From an uncultured Alphaproteobacteria bacterium (GTDB lineage Bacteria > Pseudomonadota > Alphaproteobacteria > UBA7985 > CAJQQZ01), in the NCBI GenBank assembly GCA_905480575.1, contig CAJQQZ010000114.1, positions 308 to 64,307 on the forward strand: DNA of 64,000 bases, given 5' to 3'. Below, in pieces: positions 50,075 to 59,903 of this stretch (position 1 is its first letter; every line of letters begins with the position of its first letter). Under the pieces are notes generated by a model that saw only the letters and a list, made by a program, of their open reading frames with translations, made no database searches and was not told the origin of the DNA. The position numbers and the translations under genes were made by a program.

Positions 50075-51112
50075 CTAATCTCGTCTTACCAACTCAATCA
50101 ATCGGCTCACATGGTCTGGGTTAGTATACTGGATGATGCCATGTCCCAGGTTAAAAACAAAAGGGCCATCTTTAAGATTGCTGAGAATAGCAGCCACAGA
50201 ACTCTCTAGATGTTCACCGCCAACAAGTAGAGACACTGGATCCAAGTTACCCTGAACTGTTTTCTTCCTCTGTAAATTGTCCCGCGCCCAAGATAAAGGC
50301 AAAGACTGATCCAAGGAAAGACAATCAAGCTGCTCCGATTCAGCGAAAGAAAGATAGCCTAAACCCACGCCCCGCGGGAAAACTATGATTGGCACAGAAG
50401 GATGAACCGTCTTCACTTTATCAACGATGCGCAAAATAGGATCTAAAGACCAACGTTTGAGATCTCCTGCAGGTATAACACCTGCCCAAGAATCAAAAAT
50501 CTGAAGCGCTTCTGCGCCGGCGTCTAATTGCTTAATCAAGTAATCCGCTGTTGCATCCACCAACAAATCTATCAACCGCTGAAACAACTCCGGCTGACCA
50601 AATGCCCACTTTTTCAACTTCATGAAATCTTTAGTGCCGCCACCTTCAATCATATAGGAGGCGACGGTCCAAGGCGCACCAGCAAATCCAATGAGAGCGG
50701 TCTCACTTGGCAAAGACTCTTTTAGTCGACCGACAGTTTGGTAGACAGGACCAAGCGCCTCGTGAAGCTTATCGACAGATAAACGGTCCAGATCAGCTTC
50801 CCCTGTCAGGGCATCCAACTTCGGGCCTTCACCTTCGGCGAACCAAAGTTTTTGTCCAAGAGCGTGGGGAATGACCAGAATATCTGAAAACAAAATCGCA
50901 GCATCAAAGCCATAACGACGGATCGGCTGAAGAGTCACTTCACAAGCCAATTCCGGATTAAAACAAAGATCAAGAAAGGAACCAGCATCTCTCCTGACTT
51001 CTTTGTACTCTGGTAAATAGCGACCTGCTTGTCGCATTAACCAAATGGGTGGACGACTAGTCTTTTGTCCTCGCAAAGCTTGGATGAAAAGTTTTTCTTC
51101 CGAACGCATCAA
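50075..51112 (-). CDS. hemE: uroporphyrinogen decarboxylase
   Basis: PIWLMRQAGRYLPEY signature. 345 aa. Confidence 0.9.
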   Translation of the reverse strand: MMRSEEKLFIQALRGQKTSRPPIWLMRQAGRYLPEYKEVRRDAGSFLDLCFNPELACEVTLQPIRRYGFDAAILFSDILVIPHALGQKLWFAEGEGPKLDALTGEADLDRLSVDKLHEALGPVYQTVGRLKESLPSETALIGFAGAPWTVASYMIEGGGTKDFMKLKKWAFGQPELFQRLIDLLVDATADYLIKQLDAGAEALQIFDSWAGVIPAGDLKRWSLDPILRIVDKVKTVHPSVPIIVFPRGVGLGYLSFAESEQLDCLSLDQSLPLSWARDNLQRKKTVQGNLDPVSLLVGGEHLESSVAAILSNLKDGPFVFNLGHGIIQYTNPDHVSRLIELVRRD

Positions 51113-51546
51113 ACACTCTTATTAATTAAAAGAAAGATATAAAGAATCTTTAGTTGTTGTTGTAGGTCATGTTGAACATGGGGATACTATTTTATCCACA
51201 TTTTGTCTCCTAAATCCACGCGGCGCTTTAACACTGTGAGTAAGATCGAAGAAAAATAAAAAATACCGTTTATTTACAATAGGTTACACAATAATAGGTA
51301 AATCGAAAAACGTCGTTGCTCTACTCTACTGTTCAGCACTGTTAAAAACTTATCCAGCCAAAATAACTTTAGGATAGAAAATAGGCTTTTACAGTTTCTG
51401 ACGAGAATTTCGAATTTTACTCACAAACCACAGAATTCAATCCCGACCTATTCACAGCTTTTTCCTCATGCAAAGATCTCCATCTGGGAACTCGAATGAG
51501 GGTGTGATAGGAAGAACCAATTGCAATCTGACTCTAGAGCCAAATT
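51113..51546. other. candidate chromosomal replication origin (oriC): AT-rich 434-bp gap between divergently transcribed hemE and the RP001-like gene
   Basis: Perfect DnaA box at 51192..51200. Degenerate boxes at 51349..51357 (TTATCCAGC) and 51448..51456 (CTATTCACA). AT-rich tract around 51249..51310. Strand switch: all genes from 42.5 to 51.1 kb are on the minus strand and all from 51.5 to 55.6 kb are on the plus strand. Conserved hemE/RP001 synteny. Confidence 0.6.
51192..51200 (+). promoter_or_regulatory. DnaA box TTATCCACA (perfect consensus)
   Basis: Read directly in the sequence. Confidence 0.6.
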
Positions 51547-52380
51547 ATGGAAAATGAAAAGTTTAATCTGCATCTCGTGTCAGACTCGACTGGAGAAACA
51601 ATTATCTCTGTTGCAAGAGCTTGTTTAGCTCAGTTTGAAAACGTCGCCGTGGAACATCATGTTCACACGCTAATTAGAACTTCAGCGCGTATGGACCGAG
51701 TCATATCCGCCATTGAGGCTCACCCTGGCCCTGTTCTCTACACCTTGGTTGATGATGAACTTCGAACAAAGTTGGACGAGACTTGCCGTCAGTTGGCCGT
51801 GCCTTCCATACCACTTCTAGACCGGGCTATTCATATGATGGCGAACTTCTTTGGTGTGGATGCAAGGGCACAACCTGGTCGTCAACATGCGCTGGATAAA
51901 GACTATTTCTCCCGTATTGAAGCGATGGACTACACTCTGGCGCATGACGATGGCCTTTGTCCGGAAGAGTTCGAATCAGCCGATGTGGTTTTGATTGGTG
52001 TTTCACGATCGTCCAAAACGCCAACCTCTGTCTACCTTGCAAATCGTGGCGTAAAAACGGCTAATATACCCTTCGTTCCAGGGCAAAAGTTGCCAGAATC
52101 CGTACTAAATTTATCTCGGCCTTTGGTGATAGGTTTGACGAAAGATCCAAAACAGCTGGTGCAGTTGAGGAGAAATCGCCTGCGTTCTTTGGGCGTAATC
52201 AATGAAACAACCTACACTGATATCGATGCAATCAAAGCTGAAGTGGCTGAAGCACGACGACTATTCTCCGAAAAGAACTGGCATATGATCGATGTGACAC
52301 GACGATCAATTGAAGAAACAGCCGCGACCATCATTAATCAGCTGGAAAAGAAACGACAGCGGGAAAAAGAAGATGCCTGA
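51547..52380 (+). CDS. pyruvate,phosphate dikinase / PEP synthase regulatory protein (DUF299 kinase/pyrophosphorylase; RP001 homologue)
   Basis: AMDYTLAHDDG and P-loop LIGVSRSSKTPTSVYLA align to E. coli PpsR (YdiA). Confidence 0.8.
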   Translation: MENEKFNLHLVSDSTGETIISVARACLAQFENVAVEHHVHTLIRTSARMDRVISAIEAHPGPVLYTLVDDELRTKLDETCRQLAVPSIPLLDRAIHMMANFFGVDARAQPGRQHALDKDYFSRIEAMDYTLAHDDGLCPEEFESADVVLIGVSRSSKTPTSVYLANRGVKTANIPFVPGQKLPESVLNLSRPLVIGLTKDPKQLVQLRRNRLRSLGVINETTYTDIDAIKAEVAEARRLFSEKNWHMIDVTRRSIEETAATIINQLEKKRQREKEDA

Positions 52381-52969
52381 CCTTATTTTGGCGTCAGCTT
52401 CGAAAGCACGTCAGACATTGCTTCACCAAGCCGGTGTCAAATTCCGAACACAGGTATCTCAACTTGATGAAGCCTCATTCAAAGCATCCCTCAAAGCGGA
52501 AGACGCGACCGCTCAAATGGCGGTGGAAGCTTTAGGAGAACTGAAAGCGCGAAAAGTCGCCCAACAAATCCCAGAATCTCTTGTTATTGGCGCTGATCAA
52601 ATACTCTCAATCAATGATATTTGGTTTGATAAACCCGTAGATCTTGAACACGCGAGGGCACATTTGGCAGCCCTGTCAGGGAAAACGCACTTTCTCCACA
52701 CATCAGTCTCTGTCCTACGTGGCGAGCAGGTCCTTTGGCACCATAACGAGACTTGCGAGATGACGATGCGTGATCTCAGTGCAGACTTTATTGACGCCTA
52801 TCTCGCCCAGGAAGGCGAGGAGGTTCTTTACTCAGTCGGTGCTTACAGATTAGAAGGACTCGGCGCACAGCTGTTTTCGAAAATCTACGGTGACTTTTTC
52901 ACAATTCTCGGCCTCCCACTTCTTCCCTTATTGGAATTCCTTAGAAACAACCAGATACTCAAACGATGA
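52373..52969 (+). CDS. Maf-like protein (second paralogue, YceF-like)
   Basis: ILASASKAR...GADQI...GAYRLEG Maf signature. ATGA overlap with the upstream stop. Confidence 0.75.
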   Translation: MPDLILASASKARQTLLHQAGVKFRTQVSQLDEASFKASLKAEDATAQMAVEALGELKARKVAQQIPESLVIGADQILSINDIWFDKPVDLEHARAHLAALSGKTHFLHTSVSVLRGEQVLWHHNETCEMTMRDLSADFIDAYLAQEGEEVLYSVGAYRLEGLGAQLFSKIYGDFFTILGLPLLPLLEFLRNNQILKR

Positions 52970-53628
52970 AAGTTCTAGGCCTCACTGGTTCTATCGCCAT
53001 GGGTAAGTCTACCGTCGCTAAAATGTTGATGCGGCGTGGCATATCTGTTCATGATTCGGATGCAACCGTCCACCGTCTGATGGCACCCGGTGGTGCTGCA
53101 TTCAAAAAAATTGCAGAAGTTTTCCCGACTGTCATCCAGGAGGGTCATATTGATCGCCAAGCGCTTGGAACGATCGTTTTTGGTCAGCCCGAAAAACTAA
53201 AAGTTTTAGAAGGGATTAGCCACCCTTTAGTGGCAAGGGAAACGAGACGATTTCTCGCTCGTCAACAATCAAAGGGAGCGGATCTCGTTGTCCTAGATAT
53301 CCCCTTGCTTTTTGAGACAGGCGCAGAAAACCGCTGCGACTTTATTGCCTGTGTTTCCGCGCCTGCATTTATCCAGCAGCAAAGGGCATTGGCGAGATCG
53401 GGTATGACGCTAGAGAAGTTTTTGTCCATTAAAGCGCGCCAAACCCCAGATTTTGAAAAGCGAAGGAACTCGGACTTCGTTCTCTCTTCTGGCTTGGGCC
53501 TAGCGGTTACGGACCGCATGGTAACGTCCATGTTAGTTAGCATCGGCGAGAACTCTAGTCGTCGTCCTTTTGCCTGGCCGCCAACTCCTCTCAAAAATAA
53601 AGCTTTTAAAGGCTCGATCTATGCGTGA
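52966..53628 (+). CDS. coaE: dephospho-CoA kinase
   Basis: Walker [13 protein letters not shown]. 220 aa. Confidence 0.85.
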   Translation: MKVLGLTGSIAMGKSTVAKMLMRRGISVHDSDATVHRLMAPGGAAFKKIAEVFPTVIQEGHIDRQALGTIVFGQPEKLKVLEGISHPLVARETRRFLARQQSKGADLVVLDIPLLFETGAENRCDFIACVSAPAFIQQQRALARSGMTLEKFLSIKARQTPDFEKRRNSDFVLSSGLGLAVTDRMVTSMLVSIGENSSRRPFAWPPTPLKNKAFKGSIYA

Positions 53629-54313
53629 AATTGTTCTTGATACAGAAACCACTGGCCTTGATCCCTACGATGGTCACCGTGTGATTGAAATCGGTTGTGT
53701 CGAATTGGTCAATCACTTGCCAACGAACAATCACTTTCATGTCTACATCAATCCGGAGCGCGAAGTGCCGGACGACGCCATTCGCATTCACGGCATTACA
53801 AACGATTTTCTCGTTGGCAAACCATTGTTCACGGCGGTGGCTGATGCATTTATCGACTTTATTGGTGATGCAACCCTCGTCATTCATAATGCCGAGTTCG
53901 ATATCAAATTTCTGAACTATGAACTCGAGAAAGTAAAAAAAGAGCCGCTGACGTTTGACCGGGTGATAGACACCCTGGCAATTGCACGGCGAAAATTTCC
54001 CGGGTCACCTGCGAGCCTTGACGCCCTTTGCCGCCGATACAACATCGACAACTCCAATCGAACTTTGCACGGCGCCCTCTTAGATTCGGAACTGCTGGCA
54101 GAAGTATACCTAGAACTGATTGGCGGGAAACAGCGTGGTTTTGGTTTTCAGGCTGACAATGATGAACAAGAATCGACCGCACTAAATCCCCTCCAACTAA
54201 CAAAACGGCCAAAACGAGAGGCCCGACCCCATCTGGCTAGTGACGAGGAAAAAGCGGCCCACTTGGCATTTATGGATAAAATCAGTGATCCACTTTGGAC
54301 AAAAAAGGAATAA
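53621..54313 (+). CDS. dnaQ: DNA polymerase III epsilon subunit (3'-5' exonuclease)
   Basis: Exo I motif VLDTETTG, Exo II (HNAEFD) and Exo III ([14 protein letters not shown]). Confidence 0.85.
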   Translation: MREIVLDTETTGLDPYDGHRVIEIGCVELVNHLPTNNHFHVYINPEREVPDDAIRIHGITNDFLVGKPLFTAVADAFIDFIGDATLVIHNAEFDIKFLNYELEKVKKEPLTFDRVIDTLAIARRKFPGSPASLDALCRRYNIDNSNRTLHGALLDSELLAEVYLELIGGKQRGFGFQADNDEQESTALNPLQLTKRPKREARPHLASDEEKAAHLAFMDKISDPLWTKKE

Positions 54314-54367
54314 ATCAGGCCGAATCCTACAATAAGGAGATTCTGATACCCTTTTACCGAGATTCTA

Positions 54368-54392
54368 ATTGCAAATGAGAATGAGTTGCAAT
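54368..54392. promoter_or_regulatory. inverted repeat ATTGCAA-N11-TTGCAAT upstream of the membrane permease gene (candidate metal-regulator operator)
   Basis: Perfect 7-bp arms read directly. The internal sequence AATGAG-AATGAG is repeated. Confidence 0.3.
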
Positions 54393-54421
54393 AACTGACA
54401 AGAAACCATGAAAGTCATCGC

Positions 54422-55591
54422 GTGTCAGTTGCCGCAACTCAAAATCGGAAGACTTCTCCTTCGAAGTCACTAGATCCACGGATCATACGGCTAGCTGTTT
54501 TGATAGGAATAGTTGCGTTGGTTGCCTCTGTCCCTGATTTGCGGGAAATGGCGATCCAACAAATGGCCGATGCCTATCTTCAGGTAACCGTCTTCGTCGC
54601 GGCCACACTGATATTTTTCCATGTTGTCGAGCGCTACTTCGCAATTGATACCGGAGAAGTCCTTCGAAAAAATCGCAATCTCCAGGTACCGATTGCTGCC
54701 TTTCTCGGCGCCCTACCTGGATGTGGCGGCGCTGTCGTCGTGATGACGCAATATGTTCAAGGGTCGATCTCGTTTGGTGCTGTGGTTGCCGTCCTGACCT
54801 CGACAATGGGGGACGCTGCCTTTCTTCTGTTGGTTAAAGAACCTACAACCGGATTGTTGGTTATCTCTATTTCGATCGTAGTCGGAACCTTGTCTGGATA
54901 CATCGTTAACTGGACACATCCTGAAGGTTTTCTCGAGATCAAAAGAGATGAAGCAAATACAGGTGATGAATATTGCGAACCAACACCACCCATCGCCGTT
55001 TGGAAAACGACGATTTGGTTTGGCCTTCTCGTACCCGGCGTTGTTCTCGGTCTCCTAATCGCTTTCCAAGTTGATACTACTGGTTGGATTGGCACTTGGT
55101 TCGGCTTCGATGGCATTCTTTTGGCGGCTGCCCTAGCTGCACTTTTTTCCATGTTCTTTTGGGCCTCGGAATCGTCTCTGTTGACCTTTTCACAAAACCA
55201 TTTGATTGGGGGCAGTCGATCCACGGCTGTCATGGCCGACACAAACTTTATTACGCTTTGGGTCGTCGCTGGTTATATGGCTTACGAATTAGCGGTTCAC
55301 TACGCTGGGCTGGATATCCGGAGCTTCTTTGGGACCTGGGCGGTGCTTGCACCACTCATTGGTACGCTTGTTGGGTTCCTGCCGGGCTGTGGCCCCCAGA
55401 TAGTCATGACGACACTCTATTTGAATGGAGCAATCCCATTTTCTGCTCAGCTGGCGAATGCGATATCGAACGACGGCGATGCCCTCTTCCCAGCGATTGC
55501 AATTTCGCCAAAAGCGGCGATTATTGCTACGGCTTATTCAGCAGTACCAGCCCTGATTATTTCCTACGGGTACTTTTTCTTGTTTGAATAG
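54422..55591 (+). CDS. polytopic membrane protein with internal two-fold repeat, each half carrying an (A/F)LPGCG(G/P) motif (putative ion permease)
   Basis: About 10 TM helices. Motifs GALPGCGGAVV (first half) and GFLPGCGPQIV (second half). Confidence 0.45.
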   Translation: MSVAATQNRKTSPSKSLDPRIIRLAVLIGIVALVASVPDLREMAIQQMADAYLQVTVFVAATLIFFHVVERYFAIDTGEVLRKNRNLQVPIAAFLGALPGCGGAVVVMTQYVQGSISFGAVVAVLTSTMGDAAFLLLVKEPTTGLLVISISIVVGTLSGYIVNWTHPEGFLEIKRDEANTGDEYCEPTPPIAVWKTTIWFGLLVPGVVLGLLIAFQVDTTGWIGTWFGFDGILLAAALAALFSMFFWASESSLLTFSQNHLIGGSRSTAVMADTNFITLWVVAGYMAYELAVHYAGLDIRSFFGTWAVLAPLIGTLVGFLPGCGPQIVMTTLYLNGAIPFSAQLANAISNDGDALFPAIAISPKAAIIATAYSAVPALIISYGYFFLFE

Positions 55592-55609
55592 GACGCTTAA
55601 GCACTATTC

Positions 55610-56497
55610 CTATTCGGCCGGCCGGATCCAAGTACCAGCGCCTGTCTCAGTAAAGACCTCCAGCAGCATGGCGTGTTCTTTACGACCGTCCATGATTGTT
55701 GCCGCACGGACTCCGTGATTAACAGCATCGACACAGGTTTGAACCTTAGGGATCATACCACCCGATATGGTTCCATCCTTGATGAGATCTGGAACTTCAT
55801 CGGCTTTGATAGCCGTCAACAAAGTGCCTTCTTTATCCAAAACACCGGCCACATCTGTCAGCATATAGAGGCGTGTTGCGCCGATAGCGCTGGCGATAGC
55901 ACCTGCCGCCGTATCGGCGTTAATATTGTAGGTCTCACCGTCCGCGCCCATTCCAACAGGTGCGATCACAGGGATCATTCCGGTTGTCTCAAGGGCGGTC
56001 AGAACACGAGGGTTAATGAATTCGGGTTCTCCAACAAAACCCAGATCGATTTCGGTTTCTTCGCCTGTCTCAGCGTCAATCCGCGTCTTCACGACCTTTG
56101 AAGCGCGAATAAGGTTACCATCCTTGCCGCAAAGACCAATCGCGTTGCCACCGACTTGATTAATGTTCTTCACGATTTCCTTGTTGACGGATCCCGCCAA
56201 CACCATCTCGACAACTTTAACCGTCTCCGAGTCCGTTACCCGCAAACCATCAACGTAAGAGCTTTCCACGTTGAGTTTCTTCAAAATGGCACCAATTTGT
56301 GGCCCGCCGCCGTGTACAATGACGGGGTTAATACCGATCTGCTTAAGCAGAACAACATCACGAGCAAACAAAGTGGACAGCTCTGGGCTTTCCATGGCGT
56401 GGCCGCCAAATTTGATAACAAAAGTGTGGCCAGCAAACTTCCGCATGTAGGGAAGCGCTTCGACAAGTGTCCGAGCTGTTGTTAAGGAGTCCATCAT
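55610..56497 (-). CDS. argB: acetylglutamate kinase
   Basis: VIKFGGHAM...VIVHGGGPQI amino-acid kinase motifs. Confidence 0.9.
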   Translation of the reverse strand: MMDSLTTARTLVEALPYMRKFAGHTFVIKFGGHAMESPELSTLFARDVVLLKQIGINPVIVHGGGPQIGAILKKLNVESSYVDGLRVTDSETVKVVEMVLAGSVNKEIVKNINQVGGNAIGLCGKDGNLIRASKVVKTRIDAETGEETEIDLGFVGEPEFINPRVLTALETTGMIPVIAPVGMGADGETYNINADTAAGAIASAIGATRLYMLTDVAGVLDKEGTLLTAIKADEVPDLIKDGTISGGMIPKVQTCVDAVNHGVRAATIMDGRKEHAMLLEVFTETGAGTWIRPAE

Positions 56498-56524
56498 TTC
56501 AAAATCACCTCTTTTTGCTTTGGC

Positions 56525-57187
56525 TTAGCTCTTTTCGACGAACTTTCCAATTTCAGAGCGTAGCTGCTCGATCCCATCGCCTTTTTCTGCTGAGGTCAGC
56601 AAGACAGTTGGATGAGCGGCCATCTGTTTCTTGAGCCGAGCTTGAGTATCGGCCAACACAGCGTCTAGATGGGTTTTCTTACATTTGTCGGCTTTTGTTA
56701 GAACGATTTGATAAGAAACCGCAGCGGTATTCAATTCTTTCATCAAATCTTCATCACTGGGCTTCAAGCCATGACGAGAATCGACGAGCAGATAAACCCG
56801 CATCAGTGATGGACGACCTTGCAGGTACCGCCGCGTGAGCTTTGTCCACTTTTCTACCAGCGTGCGGGTCACTTTGGCATAGCCGTAGCCCGGAAGATCA
56901 ACCACATAGAGGCGCTCCTGAATTGTGAAATAATTCAGTTCCCGTGTCCGGCCAGGTGTATTCGAGGCCCGGGCCAGTGCCTTCCGACGGAAGAGCGCAT
57001 TGATCAAACTGGACTTACCGACGTTTGAACGGCCAGCGAAAGCTACTTCTGGGCGGTCAGGTGTTGGCAGTGAAGCGAGATCGACCACACCTTTGAGAAA
57101 GTCCACGCCGGACGCGAAGAGTTTGCGCCCAAACTCCATGTCTTCCGGTGATTCTTCTTCTACGATCGGTGCGGACGGGTCACTCAT
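56525..57187 (-). CDS. engB: ribosome biogenesis GTP-binding protein YihA/YsxC
   Basis: G1 motif GRSNVGKSSLINAL, and DLPGYG. Confidence 0.85.
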   Translation of the reverse strand: MSDPSAPIVEEESPEDMEFGRKLFASGVDFLKGVVDLASLPTPDRPEVAFAGRSNVGKSSLINALFRRKALARASNTPGRTRELNYFTIQERLYVVDLPGYGYAKVTRTLVEKWTKLTRRYLQGRPSLMRVYLLVDSRHGLKPSDEDLMKELNTAAVSYQIVLTKADKCKKTHLDAVLADTQARLKKQMAAHPTVLLTSAEKGDGIEQLRSEIGKFVEKS

Positions 57188-57190
57188 TGT

Positions 57191-58969
57191 CTACGTGGAC
57201 TCTTTCTTCTTCTTACGATCACTTGGATCGGAGAGTTTTGTGCCTCTCATAATAATCCACTGCTGTGCAACGGATAGAATATTGTTCCAGGTCCAGTAGA
57301 TCACAAGACCAGCAGCGAACCCACCAAGGATGAATGTGAAGACCAAAGGCAGGAAGCGCATAATCTGAGCCTGAGTCGGATCGGTTGGCTGAGGATTAAG
57401 CAATTGCTGTCCATACATTGAGATACCCATGAGGATCGGCCAGATACCGATGGAGAATATCGCAAGGATACCAGCTGTAGGCACATCATAAGGCAGCAAA
57501 CCGAAGAGATTGAGGATGGATGTTGGATCAGGCGCGGACATATCTTTGATCCAACCAAAAAATGGCGCGTGGCGCATCTCGATGGTTACATAGAACACCT
57601 TGTAGAGAGCAAAGAAAACTGGAATCTGAACAACAATGGGCAAGCAACCAGAAAGGGGGTTAGCGCCTTCCGATTTATAGAGCGCCATCATCTCTTGCTG
57701 GAGTTTTTGACGATCATCCCCGACTTTCTTTTTGATCTCCTCGATCTTTGGCTGCAACAAGCGCATTTTCGCCATGGAGCGATAGGACTTGTTGGCGAGT
57801 GGGAACAAAATCAGTTTTACGATAACCGTCAGGATCAATACAGAAACGCCAAAGTTACCGATGATGCCGTAGATCCACTGCAGGACCACGAAAATCGGTT
57901 TGGTTAGAATGTAGAACCAACCAAAATCTACGGCACGGTCAAAGTTGTAAATACCGTACTTCTCCGCATAATCATCTAAGATCGAAATCTCTTTGGCGCC
58001 CGCGAATACCCGGGTTGTTTCTTCAACGGTACTGCCAGCGAGCAGCGGACGCGACTCATGTTTCAAATTTGCCTGGTAGACGTCTTGGTTGTTACGAGGC
58101 TGGTATTGGAACCCGGCTGTAATTGTGTCTTCGGTCTCCGGCATCAAGCTAACCAACCAATACTTGTCGGTGATGCCTAACCAACCGCCTGTTGAACTGA
58201 AGGATAGGTTGCCGTCATCCTGGAGGTCATCATAATCGACTTCTTGGAGTTTTTCGCTGAGAACGCCAACCAAACCTTCATGCAAAATATAAAGCTGAGA
58301 AACTTCAGGGGTGCCTGTGCGGTTGATCAACCCGTAAGGAGCGACTTCCAAATTGAGATCGCTATTGTTCTCGATCGATTGTTTAACCGTGAACAGGTAG
58401 TTGTCGTCCATGCTGAATGTACGATGGAAGACGAGGCCTGCACCATTGTCCCAGCTTAGATCTACAGAATTCCCAGGAGTGAGCTCTGATGCGCTAGAGG
58501 TCCAAACCGTGTCTGATTTAGGTGTTGGAACAGAGGCATCGCTCAGCAACCAACCAAATGAGGCGAAGTAAGGATTGGCAGTCCCGACCGGTGACATCAA
58601 TGAAACGTCTGGGCTGTCCTCTGCAATGGTTTCGTTATAGTTGGAAAGGATCAGATCATCCAGGCGACCACCGGTTAGATTGATCGATCCTCTGATGTTT
58701 GAATTTTGAAAAGGTACACGAGAGGATTCCGCAATGGCCTGTTCACGAGGAATTTCAACAACGAGCGCTTCTCCCAACTTCGGCAGGGTTCCAAGGTCGT
58801 TAGAACCCCTCACGCCTTCCTCTCCAGAAACACCGGCAGTTGCAGCGCGCTCGGTTTGCAGCTGTCTTGCTTTTTCATCTGCTGGAGCAACGAAAAAAAC
58901 CTGCCAGCCCAGTAAAACAACAAGCGATAGAGCTATCGCTATGATCATGTTTTTGTTCTGATCTTCCAT
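57191..58969 (-). CDS. yidC: membrane protein insertase YidC
   Basis: 592 aa with a large periplasmic domain and a C-terminal 5-TM core (PLANKSYRSMAKMRLLQPK...). Confidence 0.9.
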   Translation of the reverse strand: MEDQNKNMIIAIALSLVVLLGWQVFFVAPADEKARQLQTERAATAGVSGEEGVRGSNDLGTLPKLGEALVVEIPREQAIAESSRVPFQNSNIRGSINLTGGRLDDLILSNYNETIAEDSPDVSLMSPVGTANPYFASFGWLLSDASVPTPKSDTVWTSSASELTPGNSVDLSWDNGAGLVFHRTFSMDDNYLFTVKQSIENNSDLNLEVAPYGLINRTGTPEVSQLYILHEGLVGVLSEKLQEVDYDDLQDDGNLSFSSTGGWLGITDKYWLVSLMPETEDTITAGFQYQPRNNQDVYQANLKHESRPLLAGSTVEETTRVFAGAKEISILDDYAEKYGIYNFDRAVDFGWFYILTKPIFVVLQWIYGIIGNFGVSVLILTVIVKLILFPLANKSYRSMAKMRLLQPKIEEIKKKVGDDRQKLQQEMMALYKSEGANPLSGCLPIVVQIPVFFALYKVFYVTIEMRHAPFFGWIKDMSAPDPTSILNLFGLLPYDVPTAGILAIFSIGIWPILMGISMYGQQLLNPQPTDPTQAQIMRFLPLVFTFILGGFAAGLVIYWTWNNILSVAQQWIIMRGTKLSDPSDRKKKKEST

Positions 58970-58999
58970 TGAGAAGAGCCTTCTTATGTTATTCTAGTT

Positions 59000-59275
59000 T
59001 CAATTTTTGTTGGGCGGGTGACAAGTACGGCCAGAGTCAATCCTCTCCGGCACCGGGTCAAATCCACTTCCACCCCAAGGATGGCAACGCATTATCCGTT
59101 TTAGGGCCAAAAGACCACCGTAAAATGGTCCATGCGCGGTCAAGGCCTCCATGGCATATTCCGAACAAGTCGGCTGAAAGCGACAACGGGGAGGAATAAG
59201 TGGAGATATGCAATAGCGATAAAACAGAATGAGCGCTTTGAACAACCAAAGAAAAGGCGTTGTGAGCCAACTCAT
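59000..59275 (-). CDS. yidD: membrane protein insertion efficiency factor YidD
   Basis: [23 protein letters not shown] signature. Confidence 0.8.
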   Translation of the reverse strand: MSWLTTPFLWLFKALILFYRYCISPLIPPRCRFQPTCSEYAMEALTAHGPFYGGLLALKRIMRCHPWGGSGFDPVPERIDSGRTCHPPNKN

Positions 59276-59652
59276 TTTCGTTTTCCTTTTGTCGCTATTA
59301 ACCCTGGCAGTTTCTTGAATGCCCGTTCGGTTTCGCTCGTCAACTTAGCGAAGTCGTAGTCGACAGTGGAATGCCGCGCGACTAGCACAAAGTCCAAACT
59401 TTGATCGACATTGGCTTCCAATTCGCGGACTAAGGACCTTAATCGTCGTTTAGCTTTGTTGCGGGCAATTGCATTGCCGACCTTCTTGCTCGCTGTAAAA
59501 CCAAAGCGTGCTATATTCTCCTCATCATCAGACAAAGACTCAGAACGCAAAACGGGCCGTCTCATGGCTTGAACTATCAAACCTGGACTGACCCATTTTT
59601 GACCTTGCTTAGCGATCCGAACAAATTCGACGCGCTTTTTCAAAGTAATCAT
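59272..59652 (-). CDS. rnpA: ribonuclease P protein component
   Basis: 126 aa basic protein containing [23 protein letters not shown]. Confidence 0.85.
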   Translation of the reverse strand: MITLKKRVEFVRIAKQGQKWVSPGLIVQAMRRPVLRSESLSDDEENIARFGFTASKKVGNAIARNKAKRRLRSLVRELEANVDQSLDFVLVARHSTVDYDFAKLTSETERAFKKLPGLIATKGKRK

Positions 59653-59666
59653 CTGGCTGCTCCTAA

Positions 59667-59801
59667 GAGCAAAACCCTAAGCAGAAAGACGCTTACGACC
59701 TTTTGCCCGACGATTTGTAATAATCCGACGACCGCCTTTTGTGGCGATGCGAGAACGAAAGCCATGACGGCGTTTGCGAACCAGCACGGAAGGCTGATAA
59801 G
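59667..59801 (-). CDS. rpmH: 50S ribosomal protein L34
   Basis: Manual translation gives (V/M)[43 protein letters not shown] with a GTG start. Not in the supplied track because it is under 60 aa. Confidence 0.85.
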
Positions 59802-59903
59802 TGCGTTTCACGATTGAATCTCCGATGAAATGAGAGAGAAGTTGTTCACTGGCCGCGTGATATAAGCCCCAGGCTGGTGTGAGTCAATGATAAGTCACTG
59901 GAT

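Noticed and set aside
51113-51546. CtrA-type TTAA-N7-TTAA sites in the candidate origin
   Set aside because: Only isolated TTAA half-sites were found. No full site with correct spacing, so Caulobacter-style CtrA control cannot be claimed.
54757-55587. Alternative-frame ORFs (161 aa on minus, 167 aa on plus) overlapping the LPGCG permease gene
   Set aside because: The chosen frame shows regular TM-helix periodicity and an internal duplicated motif. The alternatives are Arg/Pro-rich translations of the same GC-rich DNA.
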